Positions 42,620 to 56,621 of a stretch of DNA of 64,000 nucleotides are shown in pieces. The translations under genes and the position numbers were made by a program. This DNA is from Octopus vulgaris (lineage: Eukaryota), in assembly GCA_951406725.2 (NCBI GenBank), contig OX597834.1, positions 30,938,001 to 31,002,000 on the forward strand. The letters are read 5' to 3'. Below the pieces are notes generated by a model. That model saw only the letters and a program-made list of their open reading frames with translations, searched no databases and was not told where the DNA came from. The stretch's first letter is position 1. The number at the start of each line of letters is the position of its first letter.

Positions 42620-43540
42620 GTGTGTATGTGTATGCGTCCGTAACCTTTCTCTCTGCCACCCACATCGATCTGGGGCTTTACTCGCCCATTTTGCCACCGG
42701 TAACCGTTGTGACTCCACAAATGCGAGCAAACCTCGTCTTTGTCGTAGTAAGAGGTTTGGGAAATTCTTAGTGAAACTCCAAAGCTACACTTTTATATTT
42801 GCGTGGCCGAACAAGTTCAGTCTCTTCCAATTACCTCGCTATGTCATATAAATGCTTTTCTTTTGCTAATGTTTCTACACCTGTTTCGTTATGGTATCTC
42901 GGGTAGAAACCATAAAGGTCGCATTTGAAAGACTTTTAGTTTGCTTGTATCGTCAAATTTCAGGACCCACGTTTTCAGGGCTTAGGTTCCGATTGGGAAA
43001 AATAATAATGCTATACAACCGAGTCATCGGCCGTTATCCTCTTCTATTTCAGATCGTGTTTTTCAGACATTTCCTCCACTAGTGGTGTAGCTAGTGGGGT
43101 CATGAGGGCGTCCCGCCCTGGGCAACGCTTTTATGGGAGCGGCACTTTTGGGTCACTGTATCGGCTGTATAGGCGAGATGGGAGCGTAGGCAGCAAACTG
43201 AAGGGCTATTCTGTGTAGCACACAATCTGGGTACCCCACTGACACCCCTCCACATCTCCTGATCCATTCCGTGCAATATTGCCTAGAAGCACAAATTCTC
43301 TGGCATGTTGTACTTCAAAACCGTTTAGTATGATCATTTCTTTGTATCGTCTGGACGCCACAGCCCCACCACGATCTTTTAGGTACTGGCCGTCTGCATA
43401 GCTAATACCCATGGAGTGTCACGCATTTGTAACTAAGCTTTTTAGTTCTCTCATGACAAATTCCAGGAAGATTTTCAAAATAGTTGGGAATGGGAATGAC
43501 TTCTAGAACAATGATTGTTACAGCCTTTTCAAGTCGGTCG
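42620..43540 (-). pseudogene. Highly degenerate RTE-group LINE RT/C-terminal region, interrupted by a hAT-like MITE at ~43080-43241
   Basis: IFLEFVMRELK; SYADG; LNGFEVQHAREFVLLG; TWVLKFDDTSKLKVFQMR; KRLNLFGHA in collinear order. Confidence 0.65.
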
Positions 43541-43613
43541 GTCGGTCTTCAAAATGAAGAAGGAAAAAAATATAAACCATGTCTGCTGCGTATGTACATT
43601 CACATCCATCTCT

Positions 43614-43663
<50 letters not shown>

Positions 43664-43674
43664 CTATTCGTTTA

Positions 43675-44028
43675 TTCTTTTACTTGTTTCAGTCATTTGA
43701 CTGCGGCCATGCTGGAGCACCGCCTTTAGACGAACAATTCGAGCCCCAGAACTTATTCTTTGTAAGCCTAGTACTTATTCCGTCTATCACTTTTGGTGAA
43801 CCGCTAAGTTACGGGGACGTAAACACAAGAACATCGGTTGTCAAGCGATGGTGGGGGACAAACACACACACACACACAAATATAAACATATATATATGTG
43901 TGTGTGTGACGGGCTTATTTTAGAGACTATAGTAGAAGATACTTGCCCAAGGTGCCACGCCGTGGGACTGAACCCAGAACCATGTGGCTGGGAAACAAGC
44001 TTCTTACCACACACTCACTCCTGTGCCT
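43675..44028 (-). mobile_element. SINE family A, internally deleted
   Basis: Shared head and tail. Confidence 0.85.
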
Positions 44029-44036
44029 GTGTATAC

Positions 44037-44188
<152 letters not shown>

Positions 44189-44679
44189 TATATAATATAT
44201 GCATACATACAAACATATATGTACGTACCTACATCTGCATGTATATATACATGCATATATAAAAATATATACACGTGAGTACAGGACACCACAACTAGAC
44301 GTAGAACTCAACGAGAAACGAAAACGGGAAAGCCATTTTTTCACAACAGAAAAACATATATATATATATATAAATCTTACTGTTCATTATTATATATTAC
44401 TAAAATTTTATATTAGTATTTTGTATGGTGTATGTCTCACAGCATGGTTTTGGACGGGTTCTTCATTAACTGAGTTGTGGAATGATGGTTCGTCTCTAAA
44501 TTAGTTATATACGTATATTATATATTATATATTACGAAATTCGGTCTAGTATTATTATACTGAATTTTACCTGTAAGGCTGGAATAATAATTAATTTCCT
44601 AATATTATTATTATGATACTTTTAATATACTTATAATTAACGAATATTGTTTAGTTTTTACCTTCAATTTTCGTTTATT

Positions 44680-45095
44680 ATGGCACTTGCAGGTAAGATA
44701 GAGCTACTACTCTGGGACTCATCATAGAAGGACATACCCATTCTGTCAAAAAGAGAATATATCCTTAAACTTATTAATAATATTAAGGATTTCAGTAATA
44801 GAATAAAATAGATAGTCCGCTATAATAATAGTAACATTGCCAACATCAAAGATGTGGTGAATACCAATTATATAAGCTCAAAATTTAAATCTAAAAGGGA
44901 ACCCCCATATAATAGGGAAATTCAGACTCTGGAAGACAAAATTTGGAAGGTGGTTAAAAACATTGAATTTAAAAAATACCCAAACAGACACAACGAATAT
45001 TTGAGATATTTAGCAACCAAAATAAAAGAAAAGCGGAATATTGAAGGAATCGTAGTACAATCAGATGAAACTGGCAACCTGTATAAGTTATATAC
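44680..45095 (+). pseudogene. Penelope-like element ORF N-terminal fragment
   Basis: One frame with two stops: S*KDIPILSKREYILKLI...F.NRIK*...FKSKREPP...LEDKIWKVVKNIEF...IVVQSDETGNLYKL, resembling PLE KNIP...RMRWK...GFKS..PP...ADKT.NLY; a P4-type repeat lies upstream (44220-44345, -). Confidence 0.7.
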
Positions 45096-45729
45096 GAAAT
45101 TATATACTCTTTTACTCTTTTACTTGTTTCACTCATTTGACTGCGGCCATGCTGGAGCACCGCCTTTAATCGAGCAACTCGACCCCGGGACTTATTCTTT
45201 GTAAGCCCAGTACTTATTCTATCGGTCTCTTTTGCTGAACCGCTAAGTAACGGGGACATAAATACACCAGCATCGGTTGTCAAGCAATGCTAGTGTATTT
45301 GTATGTTTTGTATGTTTGTATGTTTTGTTTTATGTATGTCTTATCAAGTATATACTTGCATGTCTAGACATGCTCGTATATATTTAAATGATAAACTTCT
45401 GGACAGCTTTACAGATTGTTACAGTTCCAGAGATGGATTGGATCCGTCGTCTTCGAATCAGCTTTCTCCTTTCTGGTTTTGAGAAGCCTAATTTTTCAAG
45501 ACTGGTATGTATGTATGTATGTATGTATGTATGTATGTATGTATGTATGTATGTATGTATGTATGTATGTATGTATGTATGTATGTGTGTGTGTATGTGT
45601 GTGAGTATGTGTGTGTGTTTGTGTGTGTGTGTGTATGTATGTGTGTATGTATGTATGTATGTATGTATGTATGTATTTGTGTGTGTGTATGTGTGTGTGT
45701 GTATATGTATGTATGTATGTATGATGCCA

Positions 45730-45912
45730 TGATAGATCGTTAGCCACTACACACATTTTTTTCTCTCCTTGTTTTTTCTGTGTCCCTTTCTGTCGAAGAG
45801 CGTAGGCTCGAAACGTAAAAGACTTTTCTATTCCTGAGCGTTATACTAATACATCTGTTTGTTTTGTACACCACCTATCTTCGTCTTTTGCTTTTTTCGT
45901 AAACTCTCCCTG
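45730..45912 (+). mobile_element. Penelope-type short element (family P2), hammerhead-like motif at 45786-45821
   Basis: cttt-CTGTCGA-a-gagc-gtag-gctc-GAAA-cg-TA-aaag; flanked by (TATG)n. Confidence 0.7.
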
Positions 45913-45976
45913 TATGTATGTATGTATGTATGTATGTATGTATGTATGTATGTATGTATGTATGTATGTATGTATA

Positions 45977-46190
45977 CCTTTACTCTTTACTCTTTTACTT
46001 GTTTCAGTCATTTGACTGCGGCCATGCTGGAGCACCGCCTTTAGTCGAGCAAATCGACCCCAGGACTTATTCTTTGTAAGCCCAGTACTTATTCTATCGG
46101 TCTCTTTTGCCGAACCGCTAAGTAACGGGGACTTAAACACACCAGCATCGGTTGTCAAGCAATGCTAGGGGGACAAACACAGACACACAA

Positions 46191-46227
<37 letters not shown>

Positions 46228-46396
46228 CATATATACGACAGGCTTCTTTCGGTTTCCGTCTACCAAATCCACTCACAAGGCTTTGGTCGGCCCGAGGCTA
46301 TAGCAGAAGACACTTGCCCAAGATGCCACGCAGTGGGACTGAACCCGGAACCATGTGGTTGGTTAGCAAGCTACTTACCACGCAGCCACTCCTGCG
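45977..46396 (-). mobile_element. SINE family A, full length
   Basis: Near identity to other A copies; an additional 3' half at 45107-45293. Confidence 0.9.
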
Positions 46397-46918
46397 TATG
46401 TATGTATGTATGTATGTATGTATGTATGTATGTATGTATGTATGTATGTATGTATGCATGCATGTATGCGTGTATTTCTTATGAATACCAGTTATTTATT
46501 TATAAAAACTAAAAATGCCAAATATTTCCTTCACGCTCTCCTCATCCTAATTGCGGTTGGCCAGTCAGCATTCACCTGTTTAGGAAAACAAAAATCTTAC
46601 AACACTGCTCTTTGCATTTTATTAAATTTACAACCATAAGTAACAGACATGTACAACGGGAGGTCGGGGGTTCGATTCGCAGCAAAGTGTCTCGAAATTT
46701 TTCTAATCTCTCTCTCTCTTTATCTTAACTCCCCGTCCCTGTTCCCCTTTCTCTCTCCCCTCGTTCTCCGGCGTCTTTTGGTCTAAATCACCCCCATCTT
46801 CCCTCCGCTTTCTTTCTTTCTTTCCTTCTTTCTTTCTTCCTTTCTCTCGCTCTCTCTCCCTCCATTTCGCTGCCCGTCTCTCTTTCTTTCATACTCCTTC
46901 TCTCCCCACCTCTTGCGT

Positions 46919-47304
46919 GTGGAGGCGCAATGGCCCAGTGGTTAGGGCAGCGGACTCGCGGTCATAGGATCGCGGTTTCGATTCCCAGACCGGGCGTTGT
47001 GAGTGTTTATTGAGCGAAAACACCTAAAAGCTCCACGAGGCTCCGGCAGGGGATGGTGGTGATCCCTGCTGTACTCTTTCACCACAACTTTCTCTCACTC
47101 TTACTTCCTGTTTCTGTTGTACCTGTATTTCAAAGGGCCGGCCTTGTCACTCTCTGTGTCACGCTGAATATCCCCGAGAACTACGTTAAGGGTACACCTG
47201 TCTGTGGAGTGCTCAGCCACTTACACGTTAATTTCACGAGCAGGCTGTTCCGTTGATTCGGATCAACCGGAACCCTCGTCGTCGTAACCGACGGAGTGCT
47301 TCCA
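46919..47304 (+). mobile_element. SINE family B, full length with 11-bp TSD
   Basis: TSD ACCTCTTGCGT at 46908-46918 and 47305-47315. Confidence 0.93.
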
Positions 47305-47794
47305 ACCTCTTGCGTCTTTCGCTCCTGATATCTCTCTCCGTCTGTCTCTCCCTTCTCTCTCTCTCTCTCTCTCTGTCTCGTCTTTTGGTCTTAATCACTC
47401 CTTCTCCACTCTCCCTCTCTCTCTCTCTCCCTGCATCTTTTGGTCTTAATCATTCCTCCCCCCCACCTCCCGCTCTCATTCTTTGCCTCCCACCTTCCCT
47501 CTCTCTGTCTCCCTCTTTCCTTCTCGTCGTCTGCACCCTGTGTCTCCACGTTTCGCTTTTGTTGACATTGAATAAACACTGCAAAGATAACATGGGACAT
47601 TTCTGGCCAAAGTTTTCGATCGTTAAAAAAAAAAAAAATCAGAACATCTTAACAGAACACACACACACACACACACACACAGATACACACACACACACAC
47701 ACACACACAGATACACACATACACAGAGATACACACACACACACACACACACATACACACACACACACACACACGCACACATACACACACACAT

Positions 47795-47827
<33 letters not shown>

Positions 47828-48525
47828 CATGCTCAAATGCACATGCACACACACAACATATGCATACAAGCGTATACACGTGCGCCCCGTGGACACGTAC
47901 CCACACGGATACACAAACTCGCACAAACATTCAAAGATAGAGGAAGGAAGGGAGAGAGGAGAAAAGGATACAGAGAGAGGAGGAAAGAGAGAGAAAGAGA
48001 GAGAGAGAGACAAAGAGAGGGAGAGGGAGGGAAAGACGGGAGAAAGTGAAACAGAAAGGGAGAAAGAGAACAGAAAGAAAAAGGAGAGAGAGAGAGAGGC
48101 ATGTTTGCCACCTCTCCCACCACCCCACCTAATGTACACAGAAGCATAAAACAGAACACGGTGAGAAATGGCACACACACACTCACACACACACACGCAC
48201 ACGCACACGCACACACACACACGCACAAGACACACAGTGCGGTCGTGGAGCTCGTCGTTGGACGATGAAGATTCATATGGTGATCGATCAGCTAAATAAT
48301 CTATTTCTAAATTGACACACATGTGGCTGAGTACTCCACAGACCCGTTGTAACTTAACCCAGTTTCCTCCCCTGTGCATCAGCGGTTATACTCAGGACAT
48401 ACTTCCCTGGCGTCCGTGCATCCTAAATGGTACGAATTCCCAAATGTAATTTGGGGCTTACGAAATGAAACCTTTATATTTATTACTCAGGGCATGTGGA
48501 ACAAGGACCAGCTAAAAGTCTGAAA

Positions 48526-49650
48526 GTGGAGGCGCAATGGCCCAGTGGTTAGGGCAGCGGACTCACGGTCGTAGGATCGCGGTTTCGATTCCCAGACCGG
48601 GCGTTGTGAGTGTTTATTGAGCGAAAACACCTAAAGCTCCACGAGGCTCCGGCAGTGGATGGTGGTGATCCCTGCTGTAGTCTTTCACCACAACTTTCTC
48701 TCACTCAGCCTATTGTATCTGTATTTCAAAGGGCCGGCCTTGTCACTCTCTGTGTCACGCTGAATATCCCCGAGAATTACGTTAAGGGTACACGTGTCTG
48801 TGGAGTGCTCAGCCACTTACACGTTAATTTCACGAGCAGGCTGTTCCGTTGATCGGATCAACCGGAACCCTCGTCGTCGTAACCGACGGAGTGCTTCCAA
48901 ACACGGAGAGGACAGACAAACGGATTAAGTCGATTACATCGACCCCAGTGCATAACTGGTACTTAATTTATCGACCCCGAAAGGATGAAAGGCAAAGTCA
49001 TCCTCGGCGGAATTTGAACTCAGAACGTAGCGGCAGACGAAGTACGGCTACGCATTTCGCCCGGCGCGCTAACGATTCTGCCAGCTCGACGCCTTTATAC
49101 ACATATCGGCGCGACCTCACTCTCCCGCGAACAGCTGGACTCCTTCCTCTCCTTGGTCCAATCCTTCCATCCTACGCTCGAACTCTCCTACACTATCTCT
49201 AACTCCTCCGTCGCTATGTTCTGAGTTCAAATTCCGCTGAGGTCGACTTTACTTTTTCTCCTTTTCGGGGTCGATAAATTAAGTACCTGTGAAATACTTG
49301 GGTCGATGTAATCAACTAGTTCCCTCCCCACAAATCTGAGGCCTTGTGCCTTCAGCAGAAACGATTATTAATACTATATATATATATCACCGTGACCGAC
49401 CAGGCTTTCAGATGTTGCTACACATCGCTGGTCACAATGCGCTTAGCATTGTTTTAGCCTTCAAATGACGCCACCCCGCTGGCTAAGCGAGCAAGCCAAC
49501 AGAAGAAAGTGTGAGAGAAAGTTGTGGCGAAAGAGTACAGCAGGGATCGCTACCACCCACTGCCGGAGCCTCGTGGAGCTTTAGATGTTTTCGCTCAATC
49601 CTACGACCGCGAGTCCGCTGCCCTAACCACTGGGCCATTGCGCCTCCACT

Positions 49651-49714
<64 letters not shown>

Positions 49715-49960
49715 TATACGTATATATTTAGAGCGGTGCATTGCAAGTTATGATATTGGTTTCAAATTTTGACCAGTAACTTTGGGGAGAGGGTGAATCG
49801 ATTACATCGACCCCAGTGCTCAACTGGTACTTACTTTATCAACCCTGAAAGGATGAAAGGTAAAAGTCGACCTCAGCGGTATTTGAACTTAGAACGTAAA
49901 GACGGACGAAATGCCGCTAAGCATTTAACGTGGCGCGATAACGACACCGCAGCTCGCCGT
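48526..49960. mobile_element. SINE pile-up: B(+) 48526-48899, C(-) ~48903-49095, C(+) ~49215-49365, B-variant(-) ~49388-49648, C(-) ~49765-49960
   Basis: Family-diagnostic heads and cores visible. Confidence 0.85.
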
Positions 49961-50151
49961 CCTGCACAAGTTATGATATTAGCCTTAGTTTTTTTATGTC
50001 TACAGCATACTGGGTGATGATTTTAGTTGAGTTTTTTTTTACGTTCTGACTTCTGATCTCAAAATTTCGTCGGGCATGACTTCATCTTTCAACAATCAGG
50101 GATGGACACTGATTAAAAAAAAAGCGTCAAATACTGAATTTGATACACATC

Positions 50152-50313
50152 GGCACAGGAGTGGCTGGGTGGTAAGTAGCTTGTTTACCAACCACATGGT
50201 TCCGGGTTCAGTCCCACTGCGTGGCACCTTGGGCAACTGTCTTCTACTATAGCCTCGGGCCGACCAAAGCCTTGTGAGTGGATTTGGTAGACGGAAACTG
50301 AAAGAATCCCGTC

Positions 50314-50368
<55 letters not shown>

Positions 50369-50590
50369 TGTGTGTGTTTGTCTGTGTTTGTCCCCCTAGC
50401 ATTGCTTGACAACCGATGCTGGTGTGTTTATGTCCCCGTTACTTAGCGGTTCGGCAAAAGAGACCGATAGAATAAGTACTGGGCTTACAAAGAATAAGTC
50501 CTGGGGTCGAGTTGCTCGATTAAAGGCGGTGCTCCAGCATGGCCGCAGTCAAATGACTGAAACAAGTAAAAGAGTAAAAGAGTAAAAGAG
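50152..50590 (+). mobile_element. SINE family A, full length
   Basis: GGCACAGGAGTGGCTG head to a (GTAAAAGA)x3 tail. Confidence 0.92.
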
Positions 50591-50698
50591 TATGTACACG
50601 CGTAATTCTCATTAATTTTCTCACCTTGTGTCTGTGCAAGAAATCGGTGGACGGACAAAAGATAAAACAAAAAAATACTTTGTGGTATTTCTTCATGC

Positions 50699-51289
50699 CA
50701 GTGGTTCCCCACCGGGGTCCATGTGACCCTTGGGGGTCCACATACGATTTTGTAACTAAAGTTTACGTGCAATAAATTCGTTATACTTCTACACTACACA
50801 AAATATTTTGATTTTTAACAAAAATACAATTACTAATAATATTTGTGGATGCACATGGCCTAGTGGTTAGAGCAGCGGACTCGCGGTCGAGGGATTTCAG
50901 GTTCGAATCTCAAACCGGGCGATGTGTGTGTTTATGAGCGAAACACCTAAGCCCCACGTGGCTCCGGCAGAAGGTAATAATGAACTTCTGCTGACTCTTT
51001 TGCCACAACTTTCTCTCACTCTCTCCTCCGGCATCTAGCAGCTCTCCTGCGATGGAGCAGCGTCCCATCCATGCGGGAAACCTATACGCCAATGAAACCG
51101 GGAAACCGGCCCTTATGAGCCAGGCATGGCTCGAGAAGGAACTAACAACAACAATAATATCTAATTATCAAAAATATAATTGGATCTTTTGAACATCGAA
51201 TGGTCAGGAGGGTCAAATCAAAGGGGTCTATCCGAGTGAAACAGGAATCAAGTGGGGTCCGTAGGTTAAAAAATGGTTGAGAAACTCTG
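50699..51289. mobile_element. hAT-like MITE with a nested SINE-B variant (50845-51152, +)
   Basis: Ends CAGTGGTTCCCCACC / GGTTGAGAAACTCTG, subterminal GGGGTCC repeats; nested SINE has an (AAC)n tail; no clear TSD. Confidence 0.65.
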
Positions 51290-52095
51290 GTTTGTGTCAA
51301 CCTTTATGTTCTGTGTTCAAACCACGTTGGATCTAATTTTGCCACTTCTCGTTTCGTGTAAGATAAAATAAATACCAGGATCCAGAACATGTTAGCCAAC
51401 TATATTCCCGACACAGAATTTCAAGGGATGATGGCTATACTAAGAAACCATTATTCCTATTAATAATTAATTCATTCATTGTAATTTATTTTCTGTTTTA
51501 AAAATATTTGCTTTAATTAATTGCGGTTATTTGTTTTATGTGTCACAATGATGCGACATCTATCAACTTCTGTAGTTTAATATTTTTACCATTAAGGGTT
51601 TCCCGCCCTTCCAGCAATATATCGTCTGCAATCCTTACAATTACAGTCAACGTTGTTTTCGAATGCCAAATTCTGTGGGATGTTTTAACTGAGGCTAGGG
51701 TTTAGTAAAAGAAATGACCCCACTACTTTTTTTTTCTTTTTCTGAAGTTTGGTGTTTATTCAATCAGACACGTTTGCCGAACCGCCAAGTTACGGAAATG
51801 CAAGCAAACCAGCACCGGTTGTCAAACGGTGTATGTGTGTGTGGAGGGCGGGGTGTGGATACACACAAACACAAAACCCAGTACACACGTACACATATGC
51901 ATACACACACACACACACGCACACAGACTTTTTTCCAGTTTTTCTGTTTATCAAATAAACTCCTAAGGCTTTGGTCAGCGTAGAAGATACCACGCAATAG
52001 GGCTATACCTGGTATTTATGTATATGCAGATAGATAGATAGATAGATTGATTGATTGATTGATAGATAGATAGATAAATAGATAGATAGATAGAC

Positions 52096-52171
<76 letters not shown>

Positions 52172-53051
52172 GAGCATATATATTTATATATGTATAAATA
52201 TATATATATACACATACTGTATAAACGCATGCACACATATCTATAAAAAACACACACACACACATTCTTTCCGTAACATAAGGAATTCCATATGCAATTT
52301 TGCAAATGGAAAAAAAAGAAACAAGGAAAAAAACTAAAAGCAAAATAACAAGAAAAAAAAACTCGGTTATCATCAGAGAAACGGATGAATCAAGATTAGT
52401 TTTGAAAACCAAAATTGCGTTAAGGAATGTTGAGGAATTCTCTACAAAGTTCTACGTGAAAGTAATTGACCAACAGAACGTTTCCAAGAATGTCACCACA
52501 GAAAAATGAAATACCGATAGAGTGATAGACAAATTATATGTATATATATGTATCGTAGACATTCCTGACTTGTGACAGACGACATTCATTGATGGCTGAG
52601 ATAAACAGTAAACCGAATGAAATCGGAAATTTTTCTGAGGTTTAATTAAAAGCATAATGCTTATGTAATCTAGGATTAGTACCAGTTAGATAATGAGGTT
52701 CATCTCTATATTTTTAATGGACTTTTCTTGTCTTGCCGTTTTCATTGAGTTTAGTCAGTTTTATCGATCTCTGGTGTATTTTGTCCTGGTACATGTTTTG
52801 CTATGGCTACAACTTAGTGTCTCGCATAAATTTGTTTCCTCATAACATTCTTAATTATATCTTCTTTTATTCTTTTACATGTTTCAGACAATTTGTCCGC
52901 GGCCATGCTGGGGTACAACCTTGAAAAGTTTAGTCGAACAAATCGATCCCAGGACTTACTTTTAATCCTGATACTTAATTTATCGGTCTCTTCTTTGTAT
53001 TTACTCTATCGGTCAGTATTTTCATAATAGAGACACACACAAACAAATGGA

Positions 53052-53131
<80 letters not shown>

Positions 53132-53344
53132 GGTCGCGAGCCGGCAGAATCGTTAGCACGCCGGACAAAATACTTATCGGCTTTTCGTCTCGCTTTTTGC
53201 TGAGTTCAAATGTTGTCGAGGTCGACTTTCCCTTCCATCTTTCCAGGATCATTAAAATAAATACCATTTGAGCACTGGAGTCGATGTAATCGACTGGCCC
53301 TGCCCCAAAATTTCAGGTTTTGTGCCTATAATAGATGTGTGTAG

Positions 53345-54395
53345 GGTGGGAATTTTTTTTTAATGAAATTTTCAACGAATACTCTTCAGATGGTGTAGAT
53401 ATCGATTATAACGGAATTCGTTGTGAAAAATATTTTCCGAGTTTGAGAAGAGGAGTTTCGGAAAATTCACACGATTCGGTTTTGTCCCTCATAACTTTCG
53501 GAAAAATGGATATTTTTTTAATGAAATTTTCTACAAATATCTTTCAGGGGTGAACATTACGATTGCATCGGAATTTAATATGAAAAACAAAAAAACCTTG
53601 TTGACTCTCGCACGCATTGTTTACTGACACACATCACATGTATATCTACAAAATGAAACTTGAAATCTCTCTATATATAAAGCTGAAGTTGTCTGTGTGT
53701 GGTAGGTTTGGTAGCCTTCAACTAACACTATCTCCTCCAAGACCCTGCGGCGCAAGTTGACCAAAACTGAGAGTATGATAGAAGAAGGCTTGCTCTTCCT
53801 TCCGTAGAAGAAAAAATTCAAATCGGACATGTTAAGACCAAAAATTATTTACATCAATTGGGTGCTTTTTTTCTATGAAAATCCCTATTTTTTAAGGATT
53901 TTTTGACTGCTGTGTCGCCATTTTTCGGTGTATTTCAACCAGAATAATGTTCACTTAAAGAGAATAACAAACTACATAAGGCAAAATTTTTACTTTTCAA
54001 AAATTCCAATTCTAAAGGGTCGAAACAAACCCGAGCAACGCCGGGCGATACTGCTAAGTTACAAATAAAATTGTGTTGTGTGTCAGTATGTGCAGGCCCA
54101 CAAATTATTTTTTCATATCAAATTCCGATATAATCGTAATTTATACACACTCCGAAAGGAATTTGTAGAAAATTTCATAAAAAAGATATGCATTTTTCCG
54201 AAAGTTATGGGGGACTAAACCGAATCGTGTGAATTTTCCGAAACTCCTCTCCTCACCCTCGGAAAAAAAAATTTTATGACAAATTCCGATGTAATCGGAA
54301 TCTATACCATCTGAAACGTATTATTAGAAAATTTAATTAAAAGTTAAACATTTTTCTGGAAGTTATGAAGAAACAAAATCGTGTGGGGTGGGGGC
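53345..54395. mobile_element. Foldback element with long inverted arms built of ~170-bp subrepeats
   Basis: GAGGAGTTTCGGAAAATTCACACGATTCGG (left) versus CCGAATCGTGTGAATTTTCCGAAACTCCTC (right); same family at 61880-63330. Confidence 0.8.
53666..54058 (+). mobile_element. Non-autonomous Helitron
   Basis: 5' TC start, 3' GC hairpin CCCGAGCAACGCCGGG (54030-54045) then CTAAG; inserted between A and T without a TSD; empty site visible in the paralog near 62373. Confidence 0.8.
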
Positions 54396-54411
54396 ACACT
54401 TCTGCAGGTAT

Positions 54412-54836
54412 ACTCTTTTCTCTTTACTCTTTTACTTGTTTCAGTCATTTGACTGGGGCCATACTGGAGCACCGCCTTTAGTCGAGCAAATCGACCCCGG
54501 GACTTATTCTTTTGTAAGCCCAGTACTTATTCTATCGGCCCCTTTTGCCGAACCGCTAAGTAACGGGGACGTAAACACACCAGCATCGGTTGTCAAGCGA
54601 TGTTGGGGGGGACAAACACAGACACACAAACATATACACACACATACTTATATATATATGTAAACATATATACGACAGGCTTCTTTCAGTTTCCGTCTAC
54701 CAAATCCATTCACAAGGCTTTGGTCGGCCCGAGGCTATAGCAGAAGACACTTGCCCAAGGTGCCACGCAGTGGGACTGAACCCGGAACCATGTGGTTGGT
54801 AAGCAAGTTACTTACCACACAGCCACTCCTACGCCT
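54412..54836 (-). mobile_element. SINE family A, full length
   Basis: Near identity to other A copies. Confidence 0.9.
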
Positions 54837-55014
54837 ATGCCGGAATGTCCAGCAATGCGCATCCATGCGTGGATTACGGGGTCAATTCGTTCGTTCTTCC
54901 GTTTGTTTCATTCGTTCATTTATTCATTTAATCTCTCTTTCACCTTATCCAATCATTCTTTCCTTCATTTGTGTATTCATTCAGTCAATCTTTTATTTAT
55001 TCAATTATCTATTC

Positions 55015-55439
55015 GGCGATCTTTCGTCTTTAGTAGACCTTTCCGTCGATTTCCGTAAAAAAATTTTTTTCTTTTACATATGGGCTTGCGGGAACTTTTG
55101 AAGTAATATACATACATATACACATACACCGAGTAAAAAATTTCAATTATCTCTTTCTTTCACACATTACTCTGTCTCTCTTCACACACTAACAGAAGCA
55201 CTTCACTTACACAACATACTGTCTGTCTCCCACACCCCATCAAACACACACACACACACACATGTACATCAATGCTTCCCATGCACGGTAACTTCAAAAG
55301 AACTTCCCTCGTCATACAATCGCTTTCTCTTAGTGTCTTTCGCTCTCATTACTTCAAAAGTTCCCGCAAGCCCATATGTAAAAAAAAAATTTTTTTTACG
55401 GAAATCGACGGAAAGGTCTACTAGAGACGAAAGATTGCC
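55015..55439. mobile_element. MITE with ~90-bp TIRs, GG termini and 8-bp TSD (Merlin-like)
   Basis: GGCGATCTTTCGTC...GAAGTAAT / ATTACTTC...GACGAAAGATTGCC; TSD ATCTATTC. Confidence 0.85.
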
Positions 55440-55874
55440 ATCTATTCATTTATTCCGTCTTTCATTCTTCTTTTCATTCTTTCATACTAACGTACATAAT
55501 AATAATAAAAAAAGTTTACATAACTTACACACACATACTCGTGTGTGTGTGTGTTTTTTTCTGTCTGTGAATCCACCACACAATATATTTCTGTACACGT
55601 TAAGTATGTATCTGTTGATCTATTTCATAGTATTAAAAACATTCCAACCATGAAGCCATTCTCGTAATCAGATTACACACATACACACACACACGCATAT
55701 GTAGGTATGTGTGTATACATACACACCCACATACACAGAGGTATATATACATATATAATATATATGTAAACGTATATATAACAATGATGATATATATATA
55801 TATATACACATATACACATATACATACAAACACACACACATACACACACATACATACATACATACATACATACA

Positions 55875-55910
<36 letters not shown>

Positions 55911-55924
55911 TATATATAATATAT

Positions 55925-56046
55925 ATAAAAATACAAAATGGGACAAGAACGCAAAACATTCAAATAGACGACACAAAAAACGGACGGGTCATTCGAAGCC
56001 TCTAATCTTCAGTCAAGAACCGGATCATCCTCGCAATTTCGGCTGA

Positions 56047-56050
<4 letters not shown>
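55925..56050 (-). mobile_element. Penelope-type fragment (family P3)
   Basis: CAGCCGAAATTGCGAGGATGATCCGGTTCTTGACTGAAGATTAGAGGCTTCGAATGACCCG on the minus strand. Confidence 0.6.
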
Positions 56051-56077
<27 letters not shown>

Positions 56078-56297
56078 CGCACATACATACACACATACAT
56101 ACATACACACATACATACACACACACACACATACATACATACATACATACATACATACATACATACATACATACATACATACATACATACATACATACAT
56201 ACATACATACATACAAGGTGCAGTGAATAAACTTCTGCCAAATATTTATGAAAATATACATGCTCATATATTTTAGTTCTATTTTTCCTTTTGCATC

Positions 56298-56359
<62 letters not shown>

Positions 56360-56621
56360 TGTATGTGTATATGCACGAGATGCATTCTAAAAGTATCCGA
56401 TTTTAGTTTTCGCGCCGAAATTAACGTCGCTCGGACAAAATATTTTGGGTGGAAGATGATGTCCTCTTCCTGCGCAAGCGAAGAAAAACTTTCGCGCCGG
56501 TAGGCTGCGTCAGTTCCCGGCTTTTACGCCTGGAACACAGACGTGTAGGGAACGCCTCTCGTATAAGAATAAGGATTCATATGTGTATGTGTGTGTGTAT
56601 AAGAATAGGGATTCAAAGAGT

